From the human T2T-CHM13v2.0 reference genome, Homo sapiens: a stretch of 64,000 nucleotides of DNA. The translations under genes and the position numbers were made by a program. Shown here piece by piece: positions 17,619 through 29,516 of this stretch. Under the pieces are notes generated by a model, which worked only from the letters and a program-made list of their open reading frames with translations, was not told the DNA's origin and searched no databases. The stretch is taken from assembly GCF_009914755.1 (NCBI RefSeq), contig NC_060933.1; one strand, given 5' to 3'. Each line of letters starts with the position of its first letter. Position 1 is the first letter of the stretch.

Positions 17619-18780
17619 AAAAGGCATGCTACAATGCTATATTTGTTAGGAAAAGAGATTAGAGATATCAAGTAATAGTCAGCAAATATACAAACTGAAC
17701 GAAAATGGAATATACTGTAGTGTACAGAAGCTTGAATTAACCATGCACTACGCATTTAGAAAATATGTTTTTTAATATTTTATCTTCTCTTTGCATTTAT
17801 AACATAATTCACTTCAACAATCACAGACTCCTTTTTTTCCAATGCCACAGACTGTTACAAATGAAAGCTGGTACTGCTGCTTATCCAAAATATACAAGAC
17901 AATTGATGTTTTATATAAAACCACTTTATAAGTTCATTTGTTCCCAAAAACCTTTTTTTCTTTTTTGGCCTTGTTAAAAAAAATGTTGTTACAAATATTT
18001 ACAGCATTTTCTTCTGTTAGACGAACATTCTTAAAAACTGAAAAGGGGAATTTTGATGAACAGACCACGTAAAACACCAGACAATGTCAGAGGCTCCTAG
18101 CTGTGCTATTTTTTTTTTCTTAGATACAGTACTGAAAATGCCCATCAAACTCGTCATCCTAATCCATTCTGTTCACACTGAAACTCACATTTTCTCTAAG
18201 TAGTCTATTCAGCAGTAGAAATTGAAAGTAAAGGCCGCTCTGCACTGGGTCTTCTTTCAGAAAGGAGCTTGGGGAAAATGCAAAATGCTTTACAGAGAGG
18301 AGTTAAAACCACAACAGTCAGTCTTTGGTCAGAGCAATGAGGTGACACTTTGATGCAAAACTTTGCTTGGTCAGCAATCTTTATAACTGGTACTTTCTGG
18401 ATATGGGATGAATTTTTAAAAGATCTGGGAAACAACAGTAAGGGGGAAAAAAGGCCAGAGTATGATTTTTTTAATGGCATCAAAAAAATAGCTATTTAAA
18501 TATTTGTTATTACAACTACTACATAGATCCAAGAAGTGAAAATAATACAACAACAAATCAGTTGACAATGCTGATTTAAGCATGCCATAGGCATCTTTCA
18601 ATTATGACTATGATCACCAAGGTCACTGGACCAGACAAATATCCCTGTTCTCTGGAACATATGCCTCAGGTTACAAAAACTAAGGAAACTACCACAAAGA
18701 TTTTGAGCAGCTCTATTCTTGGACCTGCACAATGCTCTACAATGAATATTATGTGATAAAGGCAAAAGTGTAACTGAGAC

Positions 18781-18786
18781 TTTATT
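18781..18786 (-). terminator. Candidate internal poly(A) signal AATAAA
   Basis: tttatt on +; U-rich cttttgccttt downstream on the mRNA. Confidence 0.4.
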
Positions 18787-18929
18787 TATAGTTACAATTC
18801 TTTGCTTGGATGAATAGTTGGTGGGACAACATTCTTTTAAAACTATATAGTACATATTTCCTGAAAACCAGAATACTGATACTACTTTAGTCTCAAATAG
18901 GAAGAAAAGGTCAATTAAGACTACTGAAG

Positions 18930-18950
18930 AAGGCACATAAACTTTGGTCC
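18930..18950 (-). promoter_or_regulatory. Clustered miR-133 8mer, miR-9 7mer-m8 and miR-124 7mer-m8 seed matches
   Basis: + strand aaggcac 18930-18936, ctttggt 18942-18948, tttggtcc 18943-18950. Confidence 0.45.
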
Positions 18951-19322
18951 TGTTTTTTCTCCCACTATAAAACCCCTCAAACTAAGATTTTAATAATTTT
19001 CTATATTTTAAACCACTCACAACTAGCTGTTAAAATTTGCTCTGAAAAAAGACTGCTAATAGTCTTGTAGATAACAACACAACTCTTTTAAAAGACAGCT
19101 GAGTTATATTTTCAAATTTTGTGCAATCTAAATTGTATTTCTTTCAGCACAATAGTAGAGTATTTTGAGTCTGGCAGTTTTGTTCTCATTAACAGATCAA
19201 GACAAAGGAAAGGCTAAGAAAAATGCTTTACGCATCGTCACGCTGTCTCTTTTTGGTTTTAAAAATAGCAGTACACATTAGGTTTTCTAAGGGATAGGTG
19301 GGGAAAAACACATGTACTTTTG

Positions 19323-19524
19323 TCAATTTTTTGTCCAAAAATATCTCGTGGGAACAGAAGAGAAACTGCATGACAATATGCTAAACATGTAAGCACTGCT
19401 GACTGATGGCACGGAGACACTGAAAAGAACAGAGAGCCAGGCGTGGTGGCTCATGCCTGTAATCCCAGCACTGTGGGGAGGTGGAAGCAGGAGAATCACT
19501 TGAGCCCAGGAGTTGGCGAGACCC
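19323..19524 (-). CDS. PTBP3: Putative alternative terminal coding segment (FLAM-derived acceptor), 66-aa tail GLANSWAQVILLLPPP...VPTRYFWTKN*
   Basis: U-rich acceptor tttctttttattttactttattttatttttag|GGGT; in frame with the phase-2 donor at 23288; same frame as ORF 19323..19583. Confidence 0.6.
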
Positions 19525-19553
19525 CTAAAAATAAAATAAAGTAAAATAAAAAG
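19436..19553 (+). mobile_element. FLAM-like Alu monomer, antisense within the PTBP3 3' UTR
   Basis: gccaggcgtggtggctcatgcctgtaatcccagcac...gagacccct plus A-rich tail. Confidence 0.85.
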
Positions 19554-21059
19554 AAATTGAGCAGAGGCATTCATAGGAGCCACTTCTCATCAACTAAAAC
19601 AGAACCCATGATTATCATACTAGGTGGAGCCAAAGAAGGCCTCACTGTCATAAGGGAACAGGCAGGCATAAATGATATCTCCAAAAACTGAGCTCAGCAA
19701 CTTTTAACAGTAAATCAGAAACATTACTTCAAATAATTGATTTCAATATTTAGTCTTAAAGAATTTATGGCATTCTGTAAGAGCTGCTGGGTAATTCTGA
19801 TACTCTCCAGTAAGTATCAATTAAGATACTGGGTCATTTTTCTATTTGTATGTTACACAAAACACATTTTACTGCTATGCAAATTATTCAAATCTCAAAG
19901 TAAATCATTTTGGTGTAATTCGCTACTGTTAAATGTGTACTGCTATTTTTTAAAGTCCTGAATATATATACTTTGTGTAGAAGTCAAGACACCTTGAAAA
20001 GTGATGACAATACTCCTTAAAAATAAAATAAACTTAAAAATAGGATACTACGGTAGATCAACAGAGAAAAACCATTGCTAGAAGATACTGAATAAATGCA
20101 TGCCAAAACAGAGATACACAGATCTAGTTTTTCCACCATCCTGATATTTTTTAATCTTTTTTTTACAAAAACTATGCCAACACAAATACTGTAGACCTCT
20201 ATAATTCAAACAGCAAATAGCTTAATATGGACAACATCCATGTGCTACAGCTAATTTTAGACACAAACTGATGGTTTCAAACATGCTATTTTAAAACAAG
20301 AACATCCCACATCTCCAAATCTTAATTTGGTTAATTTTGTCAATAAATTAAAATGTATGTAATGTGCATATGTATATACAACTTTAGAAGAGTGTATTTA
20401 TGTATATACACTTATCTACACACACACACATTCACACACACACACAAACACACCCCTACACAAATCCCTGAAAAGGATTCAAATGTTCTCTCTCAGACTT
20501 AAAAGGCCATTCCCTACTTCAAAGTTACATTCAACACCACTATGATCCCCTTCCGTTATTAGCAACTTTGCTACACTTATGCTGAATGTTATGAGAATCA
20601 TGAATTAATAAATTACACAGTAATTCCTAACTTAAAGTAAATGAAATAATCCAATTTAACATGGCACTGAAAATTATAATAGTGCCTGTGTGGAAGGGAA
20701 AAAAAAGCAAGTTTTGGGAGATTTTGCAAAGAAATTTTTTTCCTCCTTCATATACCCCTTGTGTCTAGGTCAAAACTTATTTCATAAGTAAAAAAACAAA
20801 AAACTAAAAACTCCCACAACTACATACATGAGTATATCTATCTATTCAGCCAAACTGATCCATTTGAAAAGTCTTAACTTAGTATCCCTCCTTTCTATTC
20901 TACCAACTAAGTGTTGCTCAGTGGTGAGTGAATTCTGCTTTTTAAACAATCTGTATCATCTCTTGCAGTCTCTATTTTTTGGTAAAATTTCTTCTGTAAA
21001 AACCTCCCTATGTTCAAATTAATCACTGGAATACAGCAAAGAGATTGAGATTTTCTTAA

Positions 21060-21252
21060 TTTTTACTTTTAAGAGAAGGGGTCACACTATGTTCCAGGGC
21101 TGGAGTGAAGTGGCTATTCACAAATGTGATCATAGCGCACTGCAGCCTTGAACTCCTGGGCTCAAGTGATCCTCCTGCCTGTAGCCTCCTGCCTACAGGC
21201 TCAGCCTGTAGCTGGGACTACAGGCGCACAGGCGCACACCACCATGCCCAGC
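21060..21252 (-). mobile_element. FAM (fossil Alu monomer), sense within the PTBP3 3' UTR
   Basis: FAM-type gtggctattcaca...gatcatagcgcactgcagcc. Confidence 0.8.
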
Positions 21253-21943
21253 AAGATATTCTTTATTCTTTTAAAAGTTGAGATGAGACACTTTGAGAAT
21301 CTGAAAAGTGTAAAAGGGGTAGACAAAAAAATGACCCTTTTGACAAATTCTGCTTTAAAAAATTCTGATCAACAATTGAAGAAATAATAGCAAAGTTTCT
21401 TATTAAAAAGAAACAATTTTACATTATACAATCACTGAAGCAACATTAAAATGTACTCTTACATTCAATGAAAAAGAGAGGGACAGAGTATGAGAAATAA
21501 CCCACCTTCTCATACTCCAAATACGTGGGTACTCAGTAATGAAAGTCACATTAACAAAGAAAAGCAAGTTCTCGCTTGAGGACTGAGAAAAACCAAGTAA
21601 TCCTGAGACAAATTCTGATGGGTGAAAAAGATGAAACTGAGATTGCACTCTACAGCCCCAAATTGATATGCAATAACCCCTATCAGTCACAATGTAAAGA
21701 GGCCTACAGGTGTGCACTGAATTATTCCCAAAACCATTCACCCTTCCCCACACCGTCTCTGCACCAAGCACCAAAAATTTGATAAAAACTATTACTTATT
21801 GAAAACCACTTAAAATTGCAATGAAAAAAATTTTAAATCCTTACCAAAACAGAGAAAGAAAAAACAAAATGCTTACCAAGCCCACAATATAGCTTTCAAG
21901 ATATTTAGATTAAACTCTAACCTATTGTATCTTAAGCACATAA

Positions 21944-21951
21944 TAAGGCAC
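21944..21951 (-). promoter_or_regulatory. miR-124-3p 8mer seed match (GUGCCUUA)
   Basis: taaggcac on +, in AU-rich UTR context. Confidence 0.55.
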
Positions 21952-22713
21952 ATAATAAGAAATTAAGTAAATACACAGTAATTCTGAGTAAGTATTAGAG
22001 ATTATAGTGGTACAAAAAACCCTTGAGATTAATTTTTTTCTAAAAGAAGACCTTACCAAAAATAACTTTTAAAAAATCTGTCAAACCATATGATAGACCT
22101 GAATATTTTCCTTAAGACTGTAAACTTTTTTTCTGAAAACAATTATAAAAAAGTAGTTTATAAGTAGGATTATTTTTCTTTAAAATTTTCCAAGATCATA
22201 TTACTTGACAAATAAGTGTCATTTTGAAATTTAAAACATGATTTTTTCCTAATAAAATTATTAGTTATTCTGACATCTTATTAACAGATCTTAGTTGAAT
22301 TCCACTTAATTTCCCTGGGGACAGCTGAGACACTGCATTTTTCCAAATAGTCTTAAAAAGTTAAAGACAGGCATTATTTAAAGGAGTGTCTTACAGTGAA
22401 AAAAAGAAATCATTCAAAGAAAACATGCAGGTTTATAAATCTGCTTCCAACACAACTCAATGTGTTTATGCATAATAACCATCAATATATGGCAAAGATC
22501 TGATGTACTTTATATGTGAATATAATTTCCTACAAGGGTCAGACTTCTGATTCATAAGGTTAATAACTTGGTCATAAGTGATTTAAATTACTTACATCAA
22601 GTAATTTTAGAAGTCTGTGTTTAAATTTTTTAAAAGTACAAATGAGTTTAGAAATGTTGTATAAGGCTGATCTGGACCCAAACTAAAACAACGTTAATCC
22701 TCTTCAAATCTAA

Positions 22714-22719
22714 TTTAAT
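22714..22719 (-). terminator. Candidate proximal poly(A) signal ATTAAA
   Basis: ATTAAA about 290 nt after the stop, followed by GU-rich gttgttttagtttggg. Confidence 0.4.
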
Positions 22720-23005
22720 ATAGGGAATAAGATTATTGAAAAAAAATTTTTTTCCTGATTTTCTTTTTCCTGAAGGTTATTTTTGTAGAAACCATGGTAA
22801 AAAGGGAAAAGAAACCTTTGACTGGCGGGGGCAGGGGGAATACAAAAAAAAAAAAACCCTTGATTTTTAAAATATACTTGAATATCAAACTCAGAAAGAG
22901 TTATTTTTGTGAAAGAGGCAAAATTGGTCTTGAGCTGCTTCAGTCTATGTCTGAAGGTTTTACTGAAATTATGGTCCAGTTTTAGGAGAAAAATTCACAG
23001 AAAAG

Positions 23006-23138
23006 TCAGATTGTAGATTTTGAGAAGGAAACTCTGAGGTGGTGATTTTCTCCAAGGTCATGGTTATGAAGCTCAATGAGGGCCTGAATTGCTTCTTCCA
23101 CAGATCCCAATTGAATGAGCGCCATTTTGCGATCTTTC
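23006..23138 (-). CDS. PTBP3: PTBP3 last coding exon portion (end of RRM4): [43 protein letters not shown]
   Basis: Acceptor ccattttcag|GAA; TGA at 23006-23008; matches the C-terminal part of ORF 23006..23218. Confidence 0.96.
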
Positions 23139-23287
23139 CTGAAAATGGTATAAGAAATACAGAAAGTATTTAGAATGAATTTTGCTTCCAAACTCCTTCC
23201 TCCACCAGAAGACTTCACTGAACTACCTTTAAAATTTGCATACCATATTAAATAATTTTAATGTATTTCTTGAAAGCAAAGACTTAC

Positions 23288-23365
23288 TGAAAGAATTTAA
23301 AAGCCTTCACTGAACATCCAGCTTCTATGAAAAGGTTCTTCAGATCATCCACTGTAACAGAAGGG
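23288..23365 (-). CDS. PTBP3: PTBP3 coding exon, 78 nt (RRM4): (P)PSVTVDDLKNLFIEAGCSVKAFKFF(Q)
   Basis: Acceptor ttttcacag|CCC, donor TCA|gtaagt; phase 2-2. Confidence 0.95.
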
Positions 23366-23787
23366 CTGTGAAAACATCAGAGGGAGTCAACTACCTGGGC
23401 CGCATTCTCAAGTGAAGCAGATTAACTCTTGCAATCATCAAATCTCTAGAGTACATTTCAAACAGAATTATTAAGCCATATGACAAAGACTTGATTTGGA
23501 AGTTCCCTGAAAGATGTTCAAAAACTGACATGTATCGTCAAGCAATGGAATTTTGTCTCAATCCTTGCAGAAGACATGTGCAGGTATATAAAGGGCAAGA
23601 AAAATCTTTCTATATTCTTTTTTCTTTTAATGCAGCTGTGCCTGGAATCTATATTTATTCTTATTAGTCATACCACTGGCTTTAGTAATCAACTGTAGTA
23701 CTTCCAAAGTTTCCTAGCTCTGACTTGTCTGCTACAGTCTGGAGTTCCATATTTTCAACTGTTTGCAGGGTAATTCTGAATGTGTGT

Positions 23788-24291
23788 ATGTGGCTGTCAG
23801 GCTCTAAGGTGGCCCCCAATTACTCTTGCCTGCTCATATTCATGCCCTTGTTTATTCCCCTCCCATAGAAAGCACAGGTATCCTCTGTAAACACTTTGGA
23901 TACTGTAGAAATGACAATGTGTGACTTTTGAAGCTGAGAGACATTGTGGTTTCTACTATGTCCTCTCCTGAATCATTAGCTTTGGAAGGACACCGTGAAG
24001 ACACTATGGAGAAGTCCTCATGACAAGGAACTGGGGCCTTCGGTCAACAAACAGGCACATGACTAAGCCATTTTGGAAATGGATCCTCTATCTCCAGTTA
24101 AAACCTTCAGATGACCACATCCTTGCCTTGCATCGTGATTACAACCTTATGACAGACTCAGCCAAAGCCACCCAGCTAAGCCACTTCTAGATTCCTGACT
24201 CACAGTAACAATATGAGATAATAAACATTTACTACTGTGTTAAGCTGTGAAGTCTGGGGTGGTCTGTTATACAGCCATACATAACTAATAT
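23788..24291 (+). mobile_element. MLT1-like MaLR LTR
   Basis: ccttcagatgacc...cacccagctaagccac...gattcctgac...ataactaata. Confidence 0.7.
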
Positions 24292-24929
24292 AGTGGTCTA
24301 TCACGTGACAGTCAACTGACTAAAAGTAGATTCATCTCACAACTGCCAACAAGGACAGTATAGCAGAACAATCATTAGCTCTGTAGGAAGACAGACCTGG
24401 GTTCACTTTCTATTCCTCACTCACTTGTATATCACTTTGAGTAAATTTTTTAACCTAAGTCTCAGTTTCATTAATACAATGAAAATACCTTACTTCAAAG
24501 GTTATTATGGATAATAATGCCAACAACAACATAGAATAGTGGATACCAGGAGCTGGGAGTTAGGAGGAAAAAGGTGGTTACTGCTTAATGGGTACAGAGT
24601 TTCAGTTTGGGATGATGAAAACGTTCTACAGATGGACAGAGGTGACGGTCGCACAATAATGTGTAAAGCAATTAATGTGAATGTATACTGGACTGTACAC
24701 TTAAAAATAGTTAAAACTGTAATTTTTAAATTATGTGTATTTTATCACAGTTTTTTTAAAAAAGGTTGTTGTGGAGATTAAATGAGGCAACATGTGTAAA
24801 GCACCAGTACAGTACCCAGAACTTGGAAGAATATTAATATCCTTTCTTCTTCTTCCTACATGTCCTATGTAGGTTGCAACTGGAGCCCAGCTCCTGCGTG
24901 ATGTGGTATATTTAAAAAGCTAACAACAG

Positions 24930-25207
<278 letters not shown>

Positions 25208-25743
25208 TATATTAATTTAAAAAAATTAAAAGCTAATGATGACAGGTGCCTGCCTCAGTATCTAATTGTTGTCCATTTACCCTACACTCCACAGTAATGA
25301 GCTGCTAAATTTCTCGGTCCATGTCATCTACTTTTAATCTACTTTTTTTTTTTTTCCTTGACTCTACCAGTTTCCCGGCTGGTATGAGGTTTGATCCACT
25401 GCCCCACTTGGATTCAAGGTTTCTCCATGCAGCCTAACTGGAGACCAGCAGGGAGGCCGGATATTCAGCATTCTTCTGAGTAATTATTCTCTATTACTAT
25501 TCACTTCCCATTTTCATTCTCAATAATGTTCCAGACTTCACCCCTCTCTATACCCTCAAGTTTTTAAATTTTTACACACATACACACACATCCCCCACAG
25601 CTTTTATCTCTTTTCCAAAGCTTATAGTCCCTTTTATGTATTAGTTCAAATTATACAAAACTGCCATTTTTTTGTTTTAACAATTTCCAAAGTCCATGAA
25701 CAAAACTGCCATTTTTGTAGACTAAGGACTTCAACAATTAGGA

Positions 25744-26042
25744 CAGAGATAGCCAGATATTTTCTTTAAAGGGCCAGACAGTAAATATCTTAGGCTGTAT
25801 GGGCCATATTGTCTCTGCTGCAACTAATCAGCTTTGCTGTTGTAACTCAAGAGCAGCCATAAGTAACACGTAAGTGAATGGGTACAGCTATATTACACGA
25901 AACTTTATAAAAGGCGAATTTTGAATTTTATATAATTTTCTCACATCACAAAATATTTTGCTTCCATTTTAAAATGTAAAAATCATTCTTAGCTCATAGG
26001 CCATACAAAAACAGCCATAGGCTACAGGTTGTCAATCCCTGA
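25744..26042. mobile_element. MER58-like hAT-Charlie DNA transposon
   Basis: aaagggccagacagtaaatat...gagcagccata...ggccatacaaaaacag. Confidence 0.65.
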
Positions 26043-26565
26043 GTTTGAAGATAACTAAAGCACACATACAACACTGGTTAATAAAGAGACCTGTACAGTG
26101 GCTACAGGAAAATAACGTTTAGCTTTTAAGTAATTACCATATCTATGGCTTTACAGCTTGTAGATAAAAAGTATGAAATCCATTTTTACCAAATTCTTAG
26201 ATACACAATTTGATTTTGTCATATTGGTTAACGTAAGAGTCATTACTTCTACAAACAGATGGACAAATACGTGCCAATGGAATACTTCTGCCTAGAATTT
26301 TTTTTATGACCTTTGATCACTGAAAAATAACTAGTTGTGAATTCTCTATTTGGAAAGAAAATTTTAAAACAGGTATCTTTCTATTTTAGAGTGTAGGATT
26401 GGAGATAACCTTCTGAAGGCATGATGGCAAATAAATTGTCTTATCAGAAACTGTTGACCAGGACAACTGCTAGGTTAGAACAATTTCAGAGGTTTTAACC
26501 TCTCCTACATCACATATTGTAGATTATTCATCATCTAAGTGATTAATAACTTATTAGGTACATAC

Positions 26566-26782
26566 GGAATGTTGGAAAGATGCAGAGTGGCTGATGGTGG
26601 AAAGATATTCTGGAAGTTTTTAGAGCCCGGCTTTTTAAAGCGATGCAAAGGACTATTGCTGAAATCCTTAGTCAGACCTTGGTCTTCTTGTCCCTCTCGA
26701 GGAAGCTGTACTGCTTGATGTTTGGACAGTGTAGCACGAAGCACTTTCCCATAAAGTCTCTGACCACTTAGATGGTTCATTG
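26566..26782 (-). CDS. PTBP3: PTBP3 coding exon, 217 nt (end of RRM3 to start of RRM4): [21 protein letters not shown]...[12 protein letters not shown](P)
   Basis: Overlaps ORF 26535..26780; acceptor gcactag|CAA, donor TCC|gtatgt; phase 1-2. Confidence 0.96.
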
Positions 26783-27534
26783 CTAGTGCATGGGAAGAAA
26801 ATTTTAAAGTTTGAGTATTAGGATAGATTTCTCAGTAGTATCTGACAACATTACCATAAATTATTTTTATGTAGTTATTTAAAACTGTATTATCAGTTTG
26901 AGGGTGAAAAGGGTTTCAAAATCCAAAAACCCTCAAGGAAATATATTAAATGACTTCATTTCACTATAAGAAAAGCAATTTAAAACAAACAAAAAATATT
27001 TTCTGAGCAGAGTGCTATGAAGTTTCAGAGTGCCTGGAACATAGTAAGTATTCATGAAATGGTTACTGAATATATTAGTTTTATCTCAAGCAAGGCATTT
27101 TTATAAGAAATTTTGAGTAATACTTTACAGCTTTTATAACAGTGAAGCCATGAACCCTTTCTTGTATCATCATTACAAAGTTTGCCCAAACTTTTAAGCC
27201 ACTCAGTGGTTACAGAAAACTTAATTTGGAAGGAAAATAAATTAAAAAAATGAAATAAAACAAATCATGCTTATTAAACTTAACGGAAAAACCCTAGGGT
27301 CAAAGCTCTAGAAATTAACAATATGTTCACGTAGACAAATGAACTTCAGACTTAGAAGAGTGATGAATATTTTTTAACCTTAACATATAGACAGATGCAA
27401 ATAATAATGAAGGCATTATCACAAGGAGGTGTTCTTTTGTAAAATCATATTCCTACTAGCTGTATTTTGAAGGAAAATTCACACACAAAAGGGGCAAGTT
27501 CACATTATTATTAATAATTATTAATCATTAGTAC

Positions 27535-27627
27535 CTAGCTGAGCTTGATTTGCATCCGCCATCTGAACCAAGGCATTTTCTTTCTTATTAAACATAATCT
27601 TCACTCGATGTACATCACCATAGACTC
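27535..27627 (-). CDS. PTBP3: PTBP3 coding exon, 93 nt (RRM3): (G)[30 protein letters not shown](A)
   Basis: Acceptor tttaattag|GAG, donor TAG|gtacta; phase 1-1. Confidence 0.94.
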
Positions 27628-28393
27628 CTAATTAAAACAAAACAAAACACTGTGTTTAACGTCTGATTGTGTTGTGTTTAATTAATTTTACTAATATACT
27701 TAAAGAAGGCATTTCTTACTCTCCCTTGGCAATTCCATACATACACCTGCAAATTTTTATCTCTTCCAAAGTTCCAGATCTATTCATGTACTTACTCTTT
27801 TTCACTTGGATGTCCCATCAACACTCTAAACTTATTATGTCCCAAAATGATTCATCCCCCCTTTCCTCTCCCCACTCCCAGTGCTCACTAAAGCTGTAGA
27901 TAAATACCATCATTCACACAGTTGCTCCAGCCAGAAACCTGGGAGTCATCTTTTGACTTCTTCCTTTCCTCAAACCCTGACACCCACCCAATCAATCACC
28001 AGCACCCATTGATTCTATGGTCTAAATATCTCTCATATTTGTCCACCTCTCCCAATCCTCGCTACCATCAAAGCTATCAACACCATTTCACACTCGGACA
28101 ATCAGGACAACCTAATTGATCCTAACTCATCTTATTACCCTCGATTTTTCTACCCTAGTGTTCCCCAAAGTGGGTCCCATATCCTAAAGGATGGGTAAAG
28201 TGATTCACTGGGGTATGGAAAGATAATAATCAAACTCTTATCTATACTAATCTATTTATATAAACCAATATTAAAAAACTACAGTTTTTGAATTTTTAAT
28301 ATATAGATAAAATTAAAGCCAACAGGTTCTACGAAGTCAATTCCAGTCTCACTCGATTTTTTCATCCAGTGTATTACAATATATTTCAGTTTA

Positions 28394-28764
<371 letters not shown>

Positions 28765-28896
28765 CTAATGGCACTTTAAAAATTTAAAATGGAGACAAGT
28801 ATTCCGAATTTGCTACCTTTCTCAGAAATAACACGATGGTGATGTAACTATTCTTTAAAAACTAAACATATACCATTTGTTTTGCAAAATGTGGGT

Positions 28897-29017
28897 GTTT
28901 ATTTTTTGTAGAGATGGGGTCTCACTATCTGGCCCAGGTTGGTCTCAAACAATCTGATCCTCCTGCCTTGGCCTCCCAAAGTGTTGGGATTACAGGCATG
29001 AGCTGCTGCACCCAGCC
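28897..29017 (-). mobile_element. FLAM / Alu left monomer
   Basis: Antisense monomer. Confidence 0.8.
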
Positions 29018-29321
29018 ATTTTTTAAATGAGTGAGAAATTAACTACTTTTGGTATGAAACATGCTTTGGCTAGAAAAGAGTCATATTAAAATGTATTATT
29101 AATACTTGATTTTATTACTGAAAATTACATGCATCAATCATTAATAAAAACTTTTATAGTGACTGCATATGAGCATGAGGAATTTCTCTCGGGCGTTGAA
29201 AATTTTCTAAAATTGGACTGTGGTGATGGCCACACAACTGTGAATTTACAAAAATCTTGAGTTGTAAACCCAAAGCAGGTAAACTGTATGGTTGTAAATT
29301 ACATCTGAAAAAATTCCATTA

Positions 29322-29516
<195 letters not shown>

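Larger units (their letters stand above)
16860..23005 (-). other. PTBP3: PTBP3 long AU-rich 3' UTR
   Basis: Repeat-poor, AU-rich sequence directly after the stop codon, ending at AATAAA signals. Confidence 0.8.

Noticed and set aside
18205-18936. 92-112 aa minus-strand ORFs in the 3' UTR
   Set aside because: No recognisable domain and no acceptor as convincing as the one at 19524.
23139-23218. N-terminal extension of ORF 23006..23218
   Set aside because: Intronic sequence that happens to be open; the true acceptor is at 23138.
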